Of a DNA stretch of 64,000 nucleotides, positions 8,828 through 18,215 are shown in pieces (position 1 is the stretch's first letter; every line of letters starts with the position of its first letter). The notes under the pieces are model-generated. The model did no database searches. It saw only the letters and a list, made by a program, of their open reading frames with translations, and was not told the DNA's origin. Origin of the DNA: an uncultured Pseudomonadales bacterium (lineage in GTDB: Bacteria; Patescibacteriota; Microgenomatia; UBA1400; MFAQ01). The position numbers and the translations under genes are program-made. The stretch covers positions 13,392 to 77,391 of the forward strand of contig CAZENT010000004.1 of NCBI GenBank assembly GCA_964513845.1. Reading direction: 5' to 3'.

Positions 8828-11800
8828 ATGAAATCTAGAAACATAAGAAAAATAATTTCGTTTATTTCTTCCTTTAACCTTCTTCTTCAATCTTTCCTCC
8901 CGCTAGCTATTGCAATGCCTGTTTATGCCGAAGATGCTTCTCCTGCAGCCATTGTCGAAGTCTCTCCAACTCCCGAAGTCACCCCGGAAATCACTCCCGA
9001 AGCCACTCCCACACCCGAGATCTCTGTAACTCCAGAACCAACTCCATCTGTGGAAATTACTCCGGAGCCATCAATTTCTCCAACTCCCGAAGTCACCCCC
9101 GAAATCACCCCAGAAATCACTCCAGAGCCAACAGCTGAGATCACCCCAGCCGAACAACAAAATAATGAAGAACAAAAAAACAACTCTCCACCCGCCGAAC
9201 AAAATAATATTCCTGCTGCCACTCCAACCCCCGAACCAACCATTGTCCTTCCCCAACCTCTCTCCGTAATTTCCCAACTCGAACAAGAAGCTCCAATTAT
9301 TTCTCCAACTCTATCAACTGACAAACCAGATTATTTTCCAACCGACACCGTCCACATCACCGGCACCGGCTTTTTAGCCAACACCACTTACACACTACAC
9401 ATATATTCTTCAGACAATCCAATTTTTAGTATTCGTCCAGAAGTATTGTCGGATGAATATGGCAATATTTCTCTATCATTCAGACTTGATGGAAACTACA
9501 GACCAAATTACATCGTCGATGCTATCGACAACAACGATCAAGTTGTTTTATCGTATTCGTTCTTAGATAGCCGCACATTCGTTTCTGTCACAGTAAACGG
9601 AGGATCAACTTCAACTGTGTTACCATCAGGTTCTGTCTCAGTAGACATTGATATTGATACCGATGGTACCGGAGAAGGAAGCGATTGGGAGTCGACAAAG
9701 TACACTATCGAGGGCCAATCTGCGATTTGTGACAACTCCCCCGACTATACATATGGTAGTAGTAGCGGTGCGACATCCACATATTCACTCACCGCTCCTG
9801 CAAATAATGGTACATATGATCTCGCTGTAGTTGCTTACAGTAACAATGGATGCTCAGGGCAAAGTAATACAACAACCCTGACAGACGCAATTACCGTTTC
9901 TTCTTCATTATTACAACCAGTTCTTCCTAATAATCCCTCCGATGATTATGCTCTCACATCAGTATCTGGAGTATGGACCAATGTCACAGGAGGCAGCAAC
10001 ATAACTGGAATTAATACAGAAGAAATTAGATGGGGTGTTCCCTCAGGAAGTCAAAAGAGTGGACTCCGTTTTGATGGAAGTGGTGTTCAAACGTTTAACT
10101 CAGGTAATAGTTTCTATCTTGGCGCTCTCACTCATATGAACTGGGGGACATTATCTGGTGCAGCCTCAGGAGCAAAATTAAACATTACTCTTAGTTTTTC
10201 AAAACCCACACTCTCACCAAACCCAGATTTTAGCTTTGATTTTTCAATCGAAGAAACATCGAATTCGTATGGTCACTGTCCTTCGTGGCAATCATCATTA
10301 ACACCCTGTGATGACAGAATTTCTTTTCCTGTAAGCTATGGCTCAAGAAGTTTTACCATTGGTGACAAACTATTTACCTTGAGAATCGATGGTTTTGTAA
10401 ATCAATATCCAAGTGGATCAACAGTTTCCCAATTTATTACGGAAGAACAAAAAAATAACGTTGCTTATCTTGTTGGATCATTATCATCAGTGTTGGTATC
10501 TTCTCCCCAAATATCTTTAGTTACAAAAGCCGTTGAAGGAGAGGACGCTGATTCAACTCCTGGCCAAAATTTATATGTTGGTGATACCGCCCACTTTACC
10601 TATGTTGTCCAAAACACCGGTAATGTTGATATGACTAGTGTTTCAGTAATTGATGACAGAGGTGTAGTAGTAACATGCCCTCAAACAACCTTAATCTCTG
10701 GTGCTTCGATGACCTGTACTGGTTCGAGTACTGTTGTTGTTGGTCAATACACTAACACCGCTCATGTTCACGGAACATACAACGGCACTGTGTATCAAAG
10801 TAACAATGAATCAGCCAACTATTTCGGAGTTGTTAGAAATGTATGTGGCGATGGCAACAAATCCTCATCCGAAGATTGTGATAATGGCGCAAATAATGGC
10901 ACAGTATGTACTCCTACTTACAATAATACTTGCACTTATTGTTCAGTCTCTTGTGAAATTCAAACAGTTGTTGGTCCAAAATGTGGAGACTACAACGTTG
11001 ACGCTGGAGAAACATGTGATGATGGCAATATTGTCAACGGTGATCACTGTAGTTCAACTTGTCAAACAGAAACTTGGTGTGGCGATGGAGTAAAAAATGG
11101 TTCCGAAGCCTGCGATGGTACAGATCTCGGTGGCTTATCTTCATCAACTTTTTCTTGTAACAAATGTTCACTCGAGTTAGTTGAGCCAAAAGTCACTATC
11201 TGTCACTCAACTAGCAGTCAAAGTAATCCTTATAATGTCCAAAATCCCGCCAAAACTGCCGATGTTTCTGGTCACGATGGTCATGATGGAGTAGTTTGGT
11301 ATCCTGGTATCACTGTCGCTTGGGGAGATATTATTCCTCCCTTCGCCTATATCGGCGGAACATATTCTGGTCAAAACTGGACCACTGAAGGCCAAGCAAT
11401 TTTCAACAATGGATGTAACATTCCCAATTACTGTGGAGATGGTGTAAAAGCCGGTTCCGAAGCTTGTGATGACGGCAACTCTGTCAACACAGATGCCTGT
11501 ACCAATGCTTGTACAGTATCTGTTTGTGGAGACACTATTGTTAATCCCGCAACCGAAGCTTGTGATGACGGCAACTCTGTCAACACAGATGCTTGTACCA
11601 ATGCCTGTACACTTCCTGTTTGTGGCGATAGTTTTGTCCAATCCGGCGAAGTCTGTGACGACGGTAATCGTGTAGACACCGACGCCTGTCGCAACAACTG
11701 CACTTTGCCCGTTTGTGGTGATGGAGTACTCTCCATGTCCGAAGATTGTGATGAAGGTGCTGAAAACGACACCACATGTACACCCGCCTATGGTGGTTCT

Positions 11801-14779
11801 TGTACCTACTGTCATGCTACCGAATGTAAAAACTACACCATCGACGGTCCATACTGTGGTGATGAAACCAAAAATGGTGAGGAACAATGTGATGGTACTG
11901 ATGGCGTCGGTACTCATCAGGTCTGTAATAGCGACTGTATCTTAGAAACTTTGTCATATTGTGGAGACGGAATCAAAGACACCGGTGAAGAATGCGATGG
12001 CACAGCCGGAGTAACAGCAGATAGTAATTTCTGTTCCACCTCTTGTCACTTAGTTCCCATCTACACTGGAAATAACGTTTGTAGTAATGGTAACGTCAAA
12101 GGAACCAAGCTAGCCAGCCAGACTATTTCTTCATCCTCCAAAACAGGTGAGGTTTTGAGTTTAGCTGCAGACAAAGAATATTTATTTGAAGTTAATGGAA
12201 CCTTTATTCCAACATCGGCCCTCGGATATCTCTCAGATGCCGCTCGTACATGGATCAATGGCAGTTTGTCTCCTCTCTATGGTATAAACGCAGCCGCCCC
12301 CGGTTTGGGTGCTCACTCACTGCTGGGTGATCTAGGCGATGGCGTTGGTATCATCAAATGGAACAATGTTTCTGATCATTTATATTCCTTCGCTTACACT
12401 CCAACCAACGACAACCAACAATTTGTTATCGGTGATCGTTATGGAGACTGGTTTAATACCGCCTGGCAAAATCAGGCCGGTATCAACGACAACAGAGGAG
12501 ATCTGACTCTGGATGTTTACGACTGTGTCAATCCAACAGGCAAAATAACTGTCATTAAAAATGTCGATACCAATGCTGACAGAGTTATCGAAATTGAAAA
12601 CTCTACAGATTGGACCTGGGATATTAATGATGGCGAACAAAACATCTCTACTGGTCAATCTAGAACATTAGGAATTGGTAATTACTCCATTTCTGAAGAT
12701 CAACAAGACGGATACACTCTTGTCAGTTGGTCATGTACAGATGGTACTTATGGCACGACAAATTCCATTCCTGTCGCTTTCAATAAGAATGGCGACGATA
12801 TAACTTGTACATTGACCAATGTCCGCGATACTGGTTCAATCGTTGTCAATAAATATATCGATGCTGATGGAGATATCAACACTACTTCCGATCAAACCTT
12901 AAGCGCCAACTGGCAGTTTGATGTAGATGGTCTAGATCTCGACACTACCGATGCTTTGGCTCAGTACACCGGCAGCACCGGTTCGGCCACTTTCGCCGAT
13001 CTCAAAACCGGAGGTTACACTGTAATCGAGACAAAGCAAACAGGTTTCGATCTGGTTTCAGCCAACTGTGGCGTTGAAAACGGCTCGTTTGACGGAACTG
13101 ACTCCGTTGACAACGTCCAGGTCGTCAAGGGTGAAGCAACCACCTGTACCTTCTACAACACACCAAACAGTACTATTCACGGATATAAATGGAGCGACGT
13201 TGATGGTGACGGACAGAAAGATTCTGAAGAGACTCTTCTCTCCGGTTGGACAATAAATCTCTATAAATCCGACGGTGAAGTCTTTGGTACAACACCAATA
13301 GCTACAATGAACACCAGTGAAGGGCAACATACTGGTTGGTACTGGTTCGAAAACCTCCTTCCTGGTCAATACAAGGTTTGCGAAACATTAAAAACTGGTT
13401 GGAGCCAAACATATCCTCAGAATACTGATAAAGACACCTGTCATTATGTCTCACTTCCTGATGGTTCATCGGGTACTCTCTTTGAGGACTCGGCAAGTGG
13501 CAACACTTACAACTTTGGTAACATCCAGTTAGGAAAGATCAACGTCACTAAATATAACGATTTAGATGGCGATGGTTCTCAAGACGAAAATGAAAGAGTC
13601 CTTGGCGGTTGGACAATTTCCCTATCTGATAACGAGAATCAAGTCACTGGTGAAAATGGTAAAGTCTCTTACAACGATCTCAATCCAAACAGAAGTTACA
13701 CTCTAAGTGAAAACATACAAGGAGGTTGGATTCAAACCAACATCTCTTGTACTGTCAATAACTCTGGTGAAGGAGTCAAAATCACTGCTCAGGGAGAAGC
13801 CTACGGACATCACGGTAATTGTGGTGGCTGGAATGGTTGTGGCGATGCTGCTACATGTGCCCAATGGGCCTGTCAAGCAAAAGGCTACGCCAACCTAGTC
13901 TCCTATGGCGAGTCCAAACCCTGTACTCAGTTCAGTAACTGTAATCTATTCAACAGCGGTGCCAATAATGGCGTTGATTACAACTGGGGTAACTGGTGTG
14001 AAGTAGCTGGTGTCACCGACATTGTTTGTAGCAATTCCACCGGGGACTCGTACTCAGGTGAACGTTTACCTCTCTATGCTGGTAACGATCCCGAGAACTC
14101 CAGAAACCTCAATGTAAATGCTGGAGATATTATCAACTGTTCCATCGGCAATCATCGTGTCGAACCCAAGCTCAAAATTAGTCGTTCAAACAATGCCACC
14201 TCATCTCTCACTCCAGGTGGAAGTGTTGAACATACGATTACTATTAAAGTCGAGGATAACAACATTAGTAACCTTAAACTTACCGATCTTCTTCCCAACG
14301 GTTTCAAATTCAGAGCCGGTTCATACTCAGTGATGAAAAACGGAACCGATGTTGTAACCCTGGCTCACGATCCAGAGTATCACTCTCCAGGTGTTTGGGA
14401 GCTCGGAAACTTTAATAAAAATGATGTAATAACTATCAAATACCTTGCTGATATTAGCGGAGACGTCGAACCTGGAACATATCCCGATCTCGCTTCCGCC
14501 ATAGCTAACGATGCATATGAGCAAGGGCTAAGTTTCCTCGCAATCGGAGAAAACTCCAAATATGTTGATGAAAACTTCGTCGGCACCGACGTTGAGATAG
14601 TCAAGAGTCAAACTCGTGACGACTCATACAATGTCGAAAAAGAAGAAATAATTAAAGGCGAAGTTCTCGGTACTTCCACCAGCTTACCCGCAACTGGCGC
14701 TTCTCCGATGTGGCTCATGCTTGCCTTCATCAGTCTTGTCTATGGAATCAGATTAATAAAGTCGAGTAACAAAAAGTAA
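8828..14779 (+). CDS. Giant (1983 aa) sortase-anchored surface protein / putative adhesin
   Basis: Signal peptide; PEVTPEITPE low-complexity tract; ~9 Cys-rich CGDGxxxxxExCDDGNxxxxDxC repeats (Myxococcus-type Cys-rich repeat); several SdrD-B/Cna-B-like DxDGDG...GW modules; DUF11-like C-terminal domain; LPATG followed by hydrophobic span and KK tail. Confidence 0.85.
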   Translation: MKSRNIRKIISFISSFNLLLQSFLPLAIAMPVYAEDASPAAIVEVSPTPEVTPEITPEATPTPEISVTPEPTPSVEITPEPSISPTPEVTPEITPEITPEPTAEITPAEQQNNEEQKNNSPPAEQNNIPAATPTPEPTIVLPQPLSVISQLEQEAPIISPTLSTDKPDYFPTDTVHITGTGFLANTTYTLHIYSSDNPIFSIRPEVLSDEYGNISLSFRLDGNYRPNYIVDAIDNNDQVVLSYSFLDSRTFVSVTVNGGSTSTVLPSGSVSVDIDIDTDGTGEGSDWESTKYTIEGQSAICDNSPDYTYGSSSGATSTYSLTAPANNGTYDLAVVAYSNNGCSGQSNTTTLTDAITVSSSLLQPVLPNNPSDDYALTSVSGVWTNVTGGSNITGINTEEIRWGVPSGSQKSGLRFDGSGVQTFNSGNSFYLGALTHMNWGTLSGAASGAKLNITLSFSKPTLSPNPDFSFDFSIEETSNSYGHCPSWQSSLTPCDDRISFPVSYGSRSFTIGDKLFTLRIDGFVNQYPSGSTVSQFITEEQKNNVAYLVGSLSSVLVSSPQISLVTKAVEGEDADSTPGQNLYVGDTAHFTYVVQNTGNVDMTSVSVIDDRGVVVTCPQTTLISGASMTCTGSSTVVVGQYTNTAHVHGTYNGTVYQSNNESANYFGVVRNVCGDGNKSSSEDCDNGANNGTVCTPTYNNTCTYCSVSCEIQTVVGPKCGDYNVDAGETCDDGNIVNGDHCSSTCQTETWCGDGVKNGSEACDGTDLGGLSSSTFSCNKCSLELVEPKVTICHSTSSQSNPYNVQNPAKTADVSGHDGHDGVVWYPGITVAWGDIIPPFAYIGGTYSGQNWTTEGQAIFNNGCNIPNYCGDGVKAGSEACDDGNSVNTDACTNACTVSVCGDTIVNPATEACDDGNSVNTDACTNACTLPVCGDSFVQSGEVCDDGNRVDTDACRNNCTLPVCGDGVLSMSEDCDEGAENDTTCTPAYGGSCTYCHATECKNYTIDGPYCGDETKNGEEQCDGTDGVGTHQVCNSDCILETLSYCGDGIKDTGEECDGTAGVTADSNFCSTSCHLVPIYTGNNVCSNGNVKGTKLASQTISSSSKTGEVLSLAADKEYLFEVNGTFIPTSALGYLSDAARTWINGSLSPLYGINAAAPGLGAHSLLGDLGDGVGIIKWNNVSDHLYSFAYTPTNDNQQFVIGDRYGDWFNTAWQNQAGINDNRGDLTLDVYDCVNPTGKITVIKNVDTNADRVIEIENSTDWTWDINDGEQNISTGQSRTLGIGNYSISEDQQDGYTLVSWSCTDGTYGTTNSIPVAFNKNGDDITCTLTNVRDTGSIVVNKYIDADGDINTTSDQTLSANWQFDVDGLDLDTTDALAQYTGSTGSATFADLKTGGYTVIETKQTGFDLVSANCGVENGSFDGTDSVDNVQVVKGEATTCTFYNTPNSTIHGYKWSDVDGDGQKDSEETLLSGWTINLYKSDGEVFGTTPIATMNTSEGQHTGWYWFENLLPGQYKVCETLKTGWSQTYPQNTDKDTCHYVSLPDGSSGTLFEDSASGNTYNFGNIQLGKINVTKYNDLDGDGSQDENERVLGGWTISLSDNENQVTGENGKVSYNDLNPNRSYTLSENIQGGWIQTNISCTVNNSGEGVKITAQGEAYGHHGNCGGWNGCGDAATCAQWACQAKGYANLVSYGESKPCTQFSNCNLFNSGANNGVDYNWGNWCEVAGVTDIVCSNSTGDSYSGERLPLYAGNDPENSRNLNVNAGDIINCSIGNHRVEPKLKISRSNNATSSLTPGGSVEHTITIKVEDNNISNLKLTDLLPNGFKFRAGSYSVMKNGTDVVTLAHDPEYHSPGVWELGNFNKNDVITIKYLADISGDVEPGTYPDLASAIANDAYEQGLSFLAIGENSKYVDENFVGTDVEIVKSQTRDDSYNVEKEEIIKGEVLGTSTSLPATGASPMWLMLAFISLVYGIRLIKSSNKK
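11455..11740 (+). repeat. Three tandem 96-nt (32-codon) Cys-repeat units; first two ~97% identical over the ~59-nt compared stretch
   Basis: ccgaagcttgtgatgacggcaactctgtcaacacagatgcYtgtaccaatgcYtgtaca occurs at 11455 and again 96 nt later at 11551. Third unit diverged. Confidence 0.7.
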
Positions 14780-15751
14780 ATGAAATTAAAACTATTCCTT
14801 CTCACTGTCCTCAGTGTCGCCGGACTGATGCTTCCTGGTCTTTCTTTTGCATCGGTGAGTCCTTTGACAGTTAATCTTGGCCAGCCCAAGTCACCCACCA
14901 GACTAGACAATTTAAAACTCACCTTTGTTGTTCTCCAAATTGGTGGAACAGAAAATATTGCAGTCAGTTGTTACAAAAAGTCACCCTCAGACAGTGCTTA
15001 CGTCAAGTTTCAAGACATTTCTTTGATCCCTGGCGGCAACACCGATTTCTGCAACGTTACCAGCAGTATTCTCAACACCCCAGGCACCTACAAATTTAAA
15101 GTCCAAGCCAATGGAGTCAAAGACAGTAATGAAATTACTGTCGACTACAACAACAACGCCCCCAGTACCCCAGGTTCATACTCCAAAGAGAGGCTTAATG
15201 ATTGTGATTACAAGATCAAATTCAAAACTGCCGACGATGGTCGTACTACCAAGGTGGAGCTCTATAGATCAGACACTACTTCAATATCTATTGACTCGAG
15301 TCATCTGGTGGGTACTCAAAACATAAATCCAAACACCGAAGGTAGTATCACCAACAGCATTCCAGTTTGTGGCAAAGAGTATTTCTACGCCATCAGAGCC
15401 GTTGACAACTCAGAAAATGTTTCGGGAATTACCGGTGATAATCAAACAAAATTCATCACCGACTCAACCACAACGACTACAACTACCACAACCGGAACAT
15501 CCACAACAGGTACAACTCAAGGCGCTTTAGTCACAGGAGATGGTTCTCAGGTCACAGTCGAAGGAACAATAACTCCTGGAGCAGAAGCCACCATTACTCC
15601 CGCAGAAGGAACAGGCACAGACTCACCTCAACCAGGAACACCGGAAGTCTTAGGTACCCAAACATCCAAATGGACAAATCTCAAATGGCTTTCGATTCCT
15701 CTGGTTCTTGTTGCTTTCTACTTCTTCCGCAAGTCCAGAAAACGCGCATAA
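14780..15751 (+). CDS. Secreted surface protein with two Ig/FN3-like domains, poly-Thr linker and C-terminal TM anchor
   Basis: Signal peptide; beta-rich repeats (TYKFKVQANG..., YFYAIRAVDNSENVSG resembling FN3 C-terminal strands); TTTTTTTTTTGTSTTGTT linker; C-terminal LSIPLVLVAFYFF+RKSRKRA. No LPXTG. Confidence 0.55.
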   Translation: MKLKLFLLTVLSVAGLMLPGLSFASVSPLTVNLGQPKSPTRLDNLKLTFVVLQIGGTENIAVSCYKKSPSDSAYVKFQDISLIPGGNTDFCNVTSSILNTPGTYKFKVQANGVKDSNEITVDYNNNAPSTPGSYSKERLNDCDYKIKFKTADDGRTTKVELYRSDTTSISIDSSHLVGTQNINPNTEGSITNSIPVCGKEYFYAIRAVDNSENVSGITGDNQTKFITDSTTTTTTTTTGTSTTGTTQGALVTGDGSQVTVEGTITPGAEATITPAEGTGTDSPQPGTPEVLGTQTSKWTNLKWLSIPLVLVAFYFFRKSRKRA

Positions 15752-15760
15752 TTGACTAAG

Positions 15761-16324
15761 ATGAAGCGCATAGCCGGAATCATTTTAATTGCGATTGCTC
15801 TGTTGGTAATTTTTGCGACTTTTTTTCCTCTAGCCAAAAACGAAGTCACCTATCAATATTATCGGATTAAAGGAGGCTCATCAGAAATCACCCAACCTCT
15901 CTCGCCAGATTTTGGCATTGTGATTCCAACTCTGGGCATCAACGCCAAAGTGATCAAAAATGTTAATCCCTATGACGCCAACATCTATCAAAAAGCCCTG
16001 ACACGGGGAGTGGCTCACGCCGAAGGCACTGCACTTCCGGATGGAACAGGTAATATATTTATTTTTTCTCACTCCTCCGAAAATTTTTACGAAGCCGTTC
16101 GTTACAACTCCGTTTTTTATCTTCTTCCCAAATTGGAAATAGGGGACACCATTTCCTTGTATTACAACTCAATAAAATACGACTATCATGTTTCAGAAAA
16201 AAAGATTGTTGACCCAGCCAACACTCAATATCTCACCAAAAAATCCGACAAACCCCAGCTCACCTTAATGACCTGCTATCCTCCAGGAACAAACTTCAAA
16301 CGTTTCATCATTGTCGCAAACTAG
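15761..16324 (+). CDS. Sortase (transpeptidase) with N-terminal TM anchor
   Basis: TLMTC active-site cysteine motif, upstream His (IFIFSHSS), C-terminal Arg in KRFIIVAN. Directly downstream of the LPATG protein. Alternative TTG start at 15752. Confidence 0.75.
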   Translation: MKRIAGIILIAIALLVIFATFFPLAKNEVTYQYYRIKGGSSEITQPLSPDFGIVIPTLGINAKVIKNVNPYDANIYQKALTRGVAHAEGTALPDGTGNIFIFSHSSENFYEAVRYNSVFYLLPKLEIGDTISLYYNSIKYDYHVSEKKIVDPANTQYLTKKSDKPQLTLMTCYPPGTNFKRFIIVAN

Positions 16325-16349
16325 ACCCTGTGGCATAATGAAATAAGTT

Positions 16350-17198
16350 ATGGCTCATCCATTTATTACTCTTTTCGCACCTCATCCTCACAACAACCAC
16401 AAGGCGAAAATCCTCTGGCCTCGATCTATCGTTATTCTCATCGGTCTTTTTGTCATGGGCCGATCGATTGTTGATATTTCTGTTGGTCTTCAGCCGGGAG
16501 TTTTGGGTTTTGCTTCCCAGATTAGCCCCACCAAAGTCATTGAGCTCACCAACGCCGAGCGCTTAAACGCCGGTGTTTCCATCGTCAAAGAAAACTCAGA
16601 GTTAAATCAAGCCGCTCTCGCCAAAGCCGCAGACATGTTTGAAAACAATTACTGGGCTCACATCTCACCCACAGGCACTGAGCCTTGGTACTTCGTCACT
16701 CAGTCAGGCTACAAATATCAACACGCTGGAGAAAACCTCGCCCGCGACTTTAGCAATCCCAAGGATGTTGTGGCCGCCTGGATGGCCTCTCCAACCCATC
16801 GTCAGAATCTTCTCGACGATCGTTACAAAGATATTGGTATTGCCGTTACGGACGGGTACATAAATGGTGTAGAAACTACTTTGGTCGTTCAAATGTTTGG
16901 CACAACCAAAACTTCCGTCGCTAAGATAGCCTCATCCAAAGTAACCAACACTACCGCCTATGCCGAGGAAGTTCTTCCCGAGAAGCTCATCCCCAGCTCC
17001 GGCATGTCTCCCATGGATCTTTCTCGAGCCTGGTCACTTGCTTTCGTTGTTTTAATTCTATTAGCTCTTAGTCTCGACTGGATCTTTGTCCTCCGATACA
17101 ACATCGTTCGTATCTCCGGCAAAACCTGGGCTCATCTTACTTACTTCGTCGGTCTGGCCATTATTCTTCTTATTATTCGTCAAGGAATTGTCCTATGA
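16350..17198 (+). CDS. CAP/SCP/PR-1 (YkwD-like) domain protein with membrane anchors
   Basis: LTNAERLNAG...NYWAHISPTG...HAGENLA...AWMASPTHRQNLLDDRYKDIGIAV matches the CAP-domain consensus blocks. N- and C-terminal TM segments. Confidence 0.65.
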   Translation: MAHPFITLFAPHPHNNHKAKILWPRSIVILIGLFVMGRSIVDISVGLQPGVLGFASQISPTKVIELTNAERLNAGVSIVKENSELNQAALAKAADMFENNYWAHISPTGTEPWYFVTQSGYKYQHAGENLARDFSNPKDVVAAWMASPTHRQNLLDDRYKDIGIAVTDGYINGVETTLVVQMFGTTKTSVAKIASSKVTNTTAYAEEVLPEKLIPSSGMSPMDLSRAWSLAFVVLILLALSLDWIFVLRYNIVRISGKTWAHLTYFVGLAIILLIIRQGIVL

Positions 17199-17449
17199 AA
17201 AAACCAATTCGCAGCCTCTTCGACTATCTCATTCTTTCCTTGATCGTTTCCATTGCTATTATTCTCATTCTTTACTTCAATGGCAGCAAATTTTATCAAG
17301 AAATCATTATTATCGGACTTTCTATACTATATATAGTATGGGGTATTTTCCATCACGCCAAAGAGAAAACCTTGCAGGCACGAGTGATTCTCGAATACGT
17401 GCTCTTCGGGCTTCTTGGTTCAGTGATAGTTATCGGCCTATTAAAGTAG
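17195..17449 (+). CDS. Small membrane protein (84 aa, 3 TM)
   Basis: ATGA overlap with upstream gene, strongly hydrophobic. No homology assigned. Confidence 0.4.
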   Translation: MKKPIRSLFDYLILSLIVSIAIILILYFNGSKFYQEIIIIGLSILYIVWGIFHHAKEKTLQARVILEYVLFGLLGSVIVIGLLK

Positions 17450-17471
17450 TCGGTTTGTACAAGCTGTATAA

Positions 17472-18212
17472 TTGCAAAATATGAAAGGAATTATTCTAGC
17501 CGGTGGTCGTGCGACCAGACTTAGGCCTCTCACTTGGGTAATCAGCAAGCAGCTTCTTCCCGTTTACAACAAACCGATGATCTTCTACCCGATTGAAACC
17601 CTGGTCAAGGCGGGGATTAAAGATATTCTAATTATTCTCGCTCCCGAAAACGCCGGTCTTTTTCTAAATCTTCTCGGCACTGGTGAAGAATTTGGAGTTC
17701 ATTTTAGTTATGTTATTCAGAAGGAACCTCGTGGTTTGGCTGAGGCTTTTATCTTAGCCGAAGATTTCCTAGATCACGATGATGTGACGATGATTTTAGG
17801 CGACAATATTTTTGAACACGACTTTAGTAAAGAAATTCAATCTTTCAAAAAAGGCGGTCAAATTTACATCAAAAAACTAGACAACATCGATGATGTCAAA
17901 AGGTTGGGTGTTGTCGAGCTAGACGAAAAAGGCCAGATCAAATCAATTGAGGAAAAACCGGAAAAGCCCAAGTCTATGTTTGTTTCGGTTGGTATTTATA
18001 CATTTGATAATCGAGTGGTTGAAATAGCCAAAAATCTTCCTCTTTCCAAACGTGGTGAGCTGGAGATTAGTGGCAATCCAAGTATCAACAACACCTATTT
18101 GGAGATGGGGGAGTTGGTCGCTTGTGAATTCGACACATACTGGCAAGATGCTGGCACCTTCGACAGTCTATTAGAAGCCGGAAATTACATGTCCAAAAAA
18201 GCGTTACCTTAA
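17472..18212 (+). CDS. rmlA: Sugar-1-phosphate nucleotidyltransferase, short-form glucose-1-phosphate thymidylyltransferase-like
   Basis: GIILAGGRATRLRPLT...K(Q)LLPV...KPMI(F)YP nucleotide-binding signature. Followed by rmlB and rmlD. Start could also be 17481. Confidence 0.7.
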   Translation: MQNMKGIILAGGRATRLRPLTWVISKQLLPVYNKPMIFYPIETLVKAGIKDILIILAPENAGLFLNLLGTGEEFGVHFSYVIQKEPRGLAEAFILAEDFLDHDDVTMILGDNIFEHDFSKEIQSFKKGGQIYIKKLDNIDDVKRLGVVELDEKGQIKSIEEKPEKPKSMFVSVGIYTFDNRVVEIAKNLPLSKRGELEISGNPSINNTYLEMGELVACEFDTYWQDAGTFDSLLEAGNYMSKKALP

Positions 18213-18215
18213 AAT

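Noticed and set aside
8940-9140. Possible CRISPR-like short direct repeats (gaagtcacccc gaaatcac...)
   Set aside because: Repeats are in-frame codons for a PEVTPEITPE protein tract, irregularly spaced, with no unique spacers or cas genes.
8923-9324. 133-aa minus-strand ORF in the PT-rich tract of the adhesin gene
   Set aside because: Product of low-complexity repeat DNA read antisense (Gly/Ser/Val repeats). Overlaps a gene with clear signal peptide and domain structure.
11207-11917. 236-aa and 115-aa minus-strand ORFs across the Cys-repeat region
   Set aside because: Antisense reading of tandem repeats. Periodic repeats keep frames open by chance.
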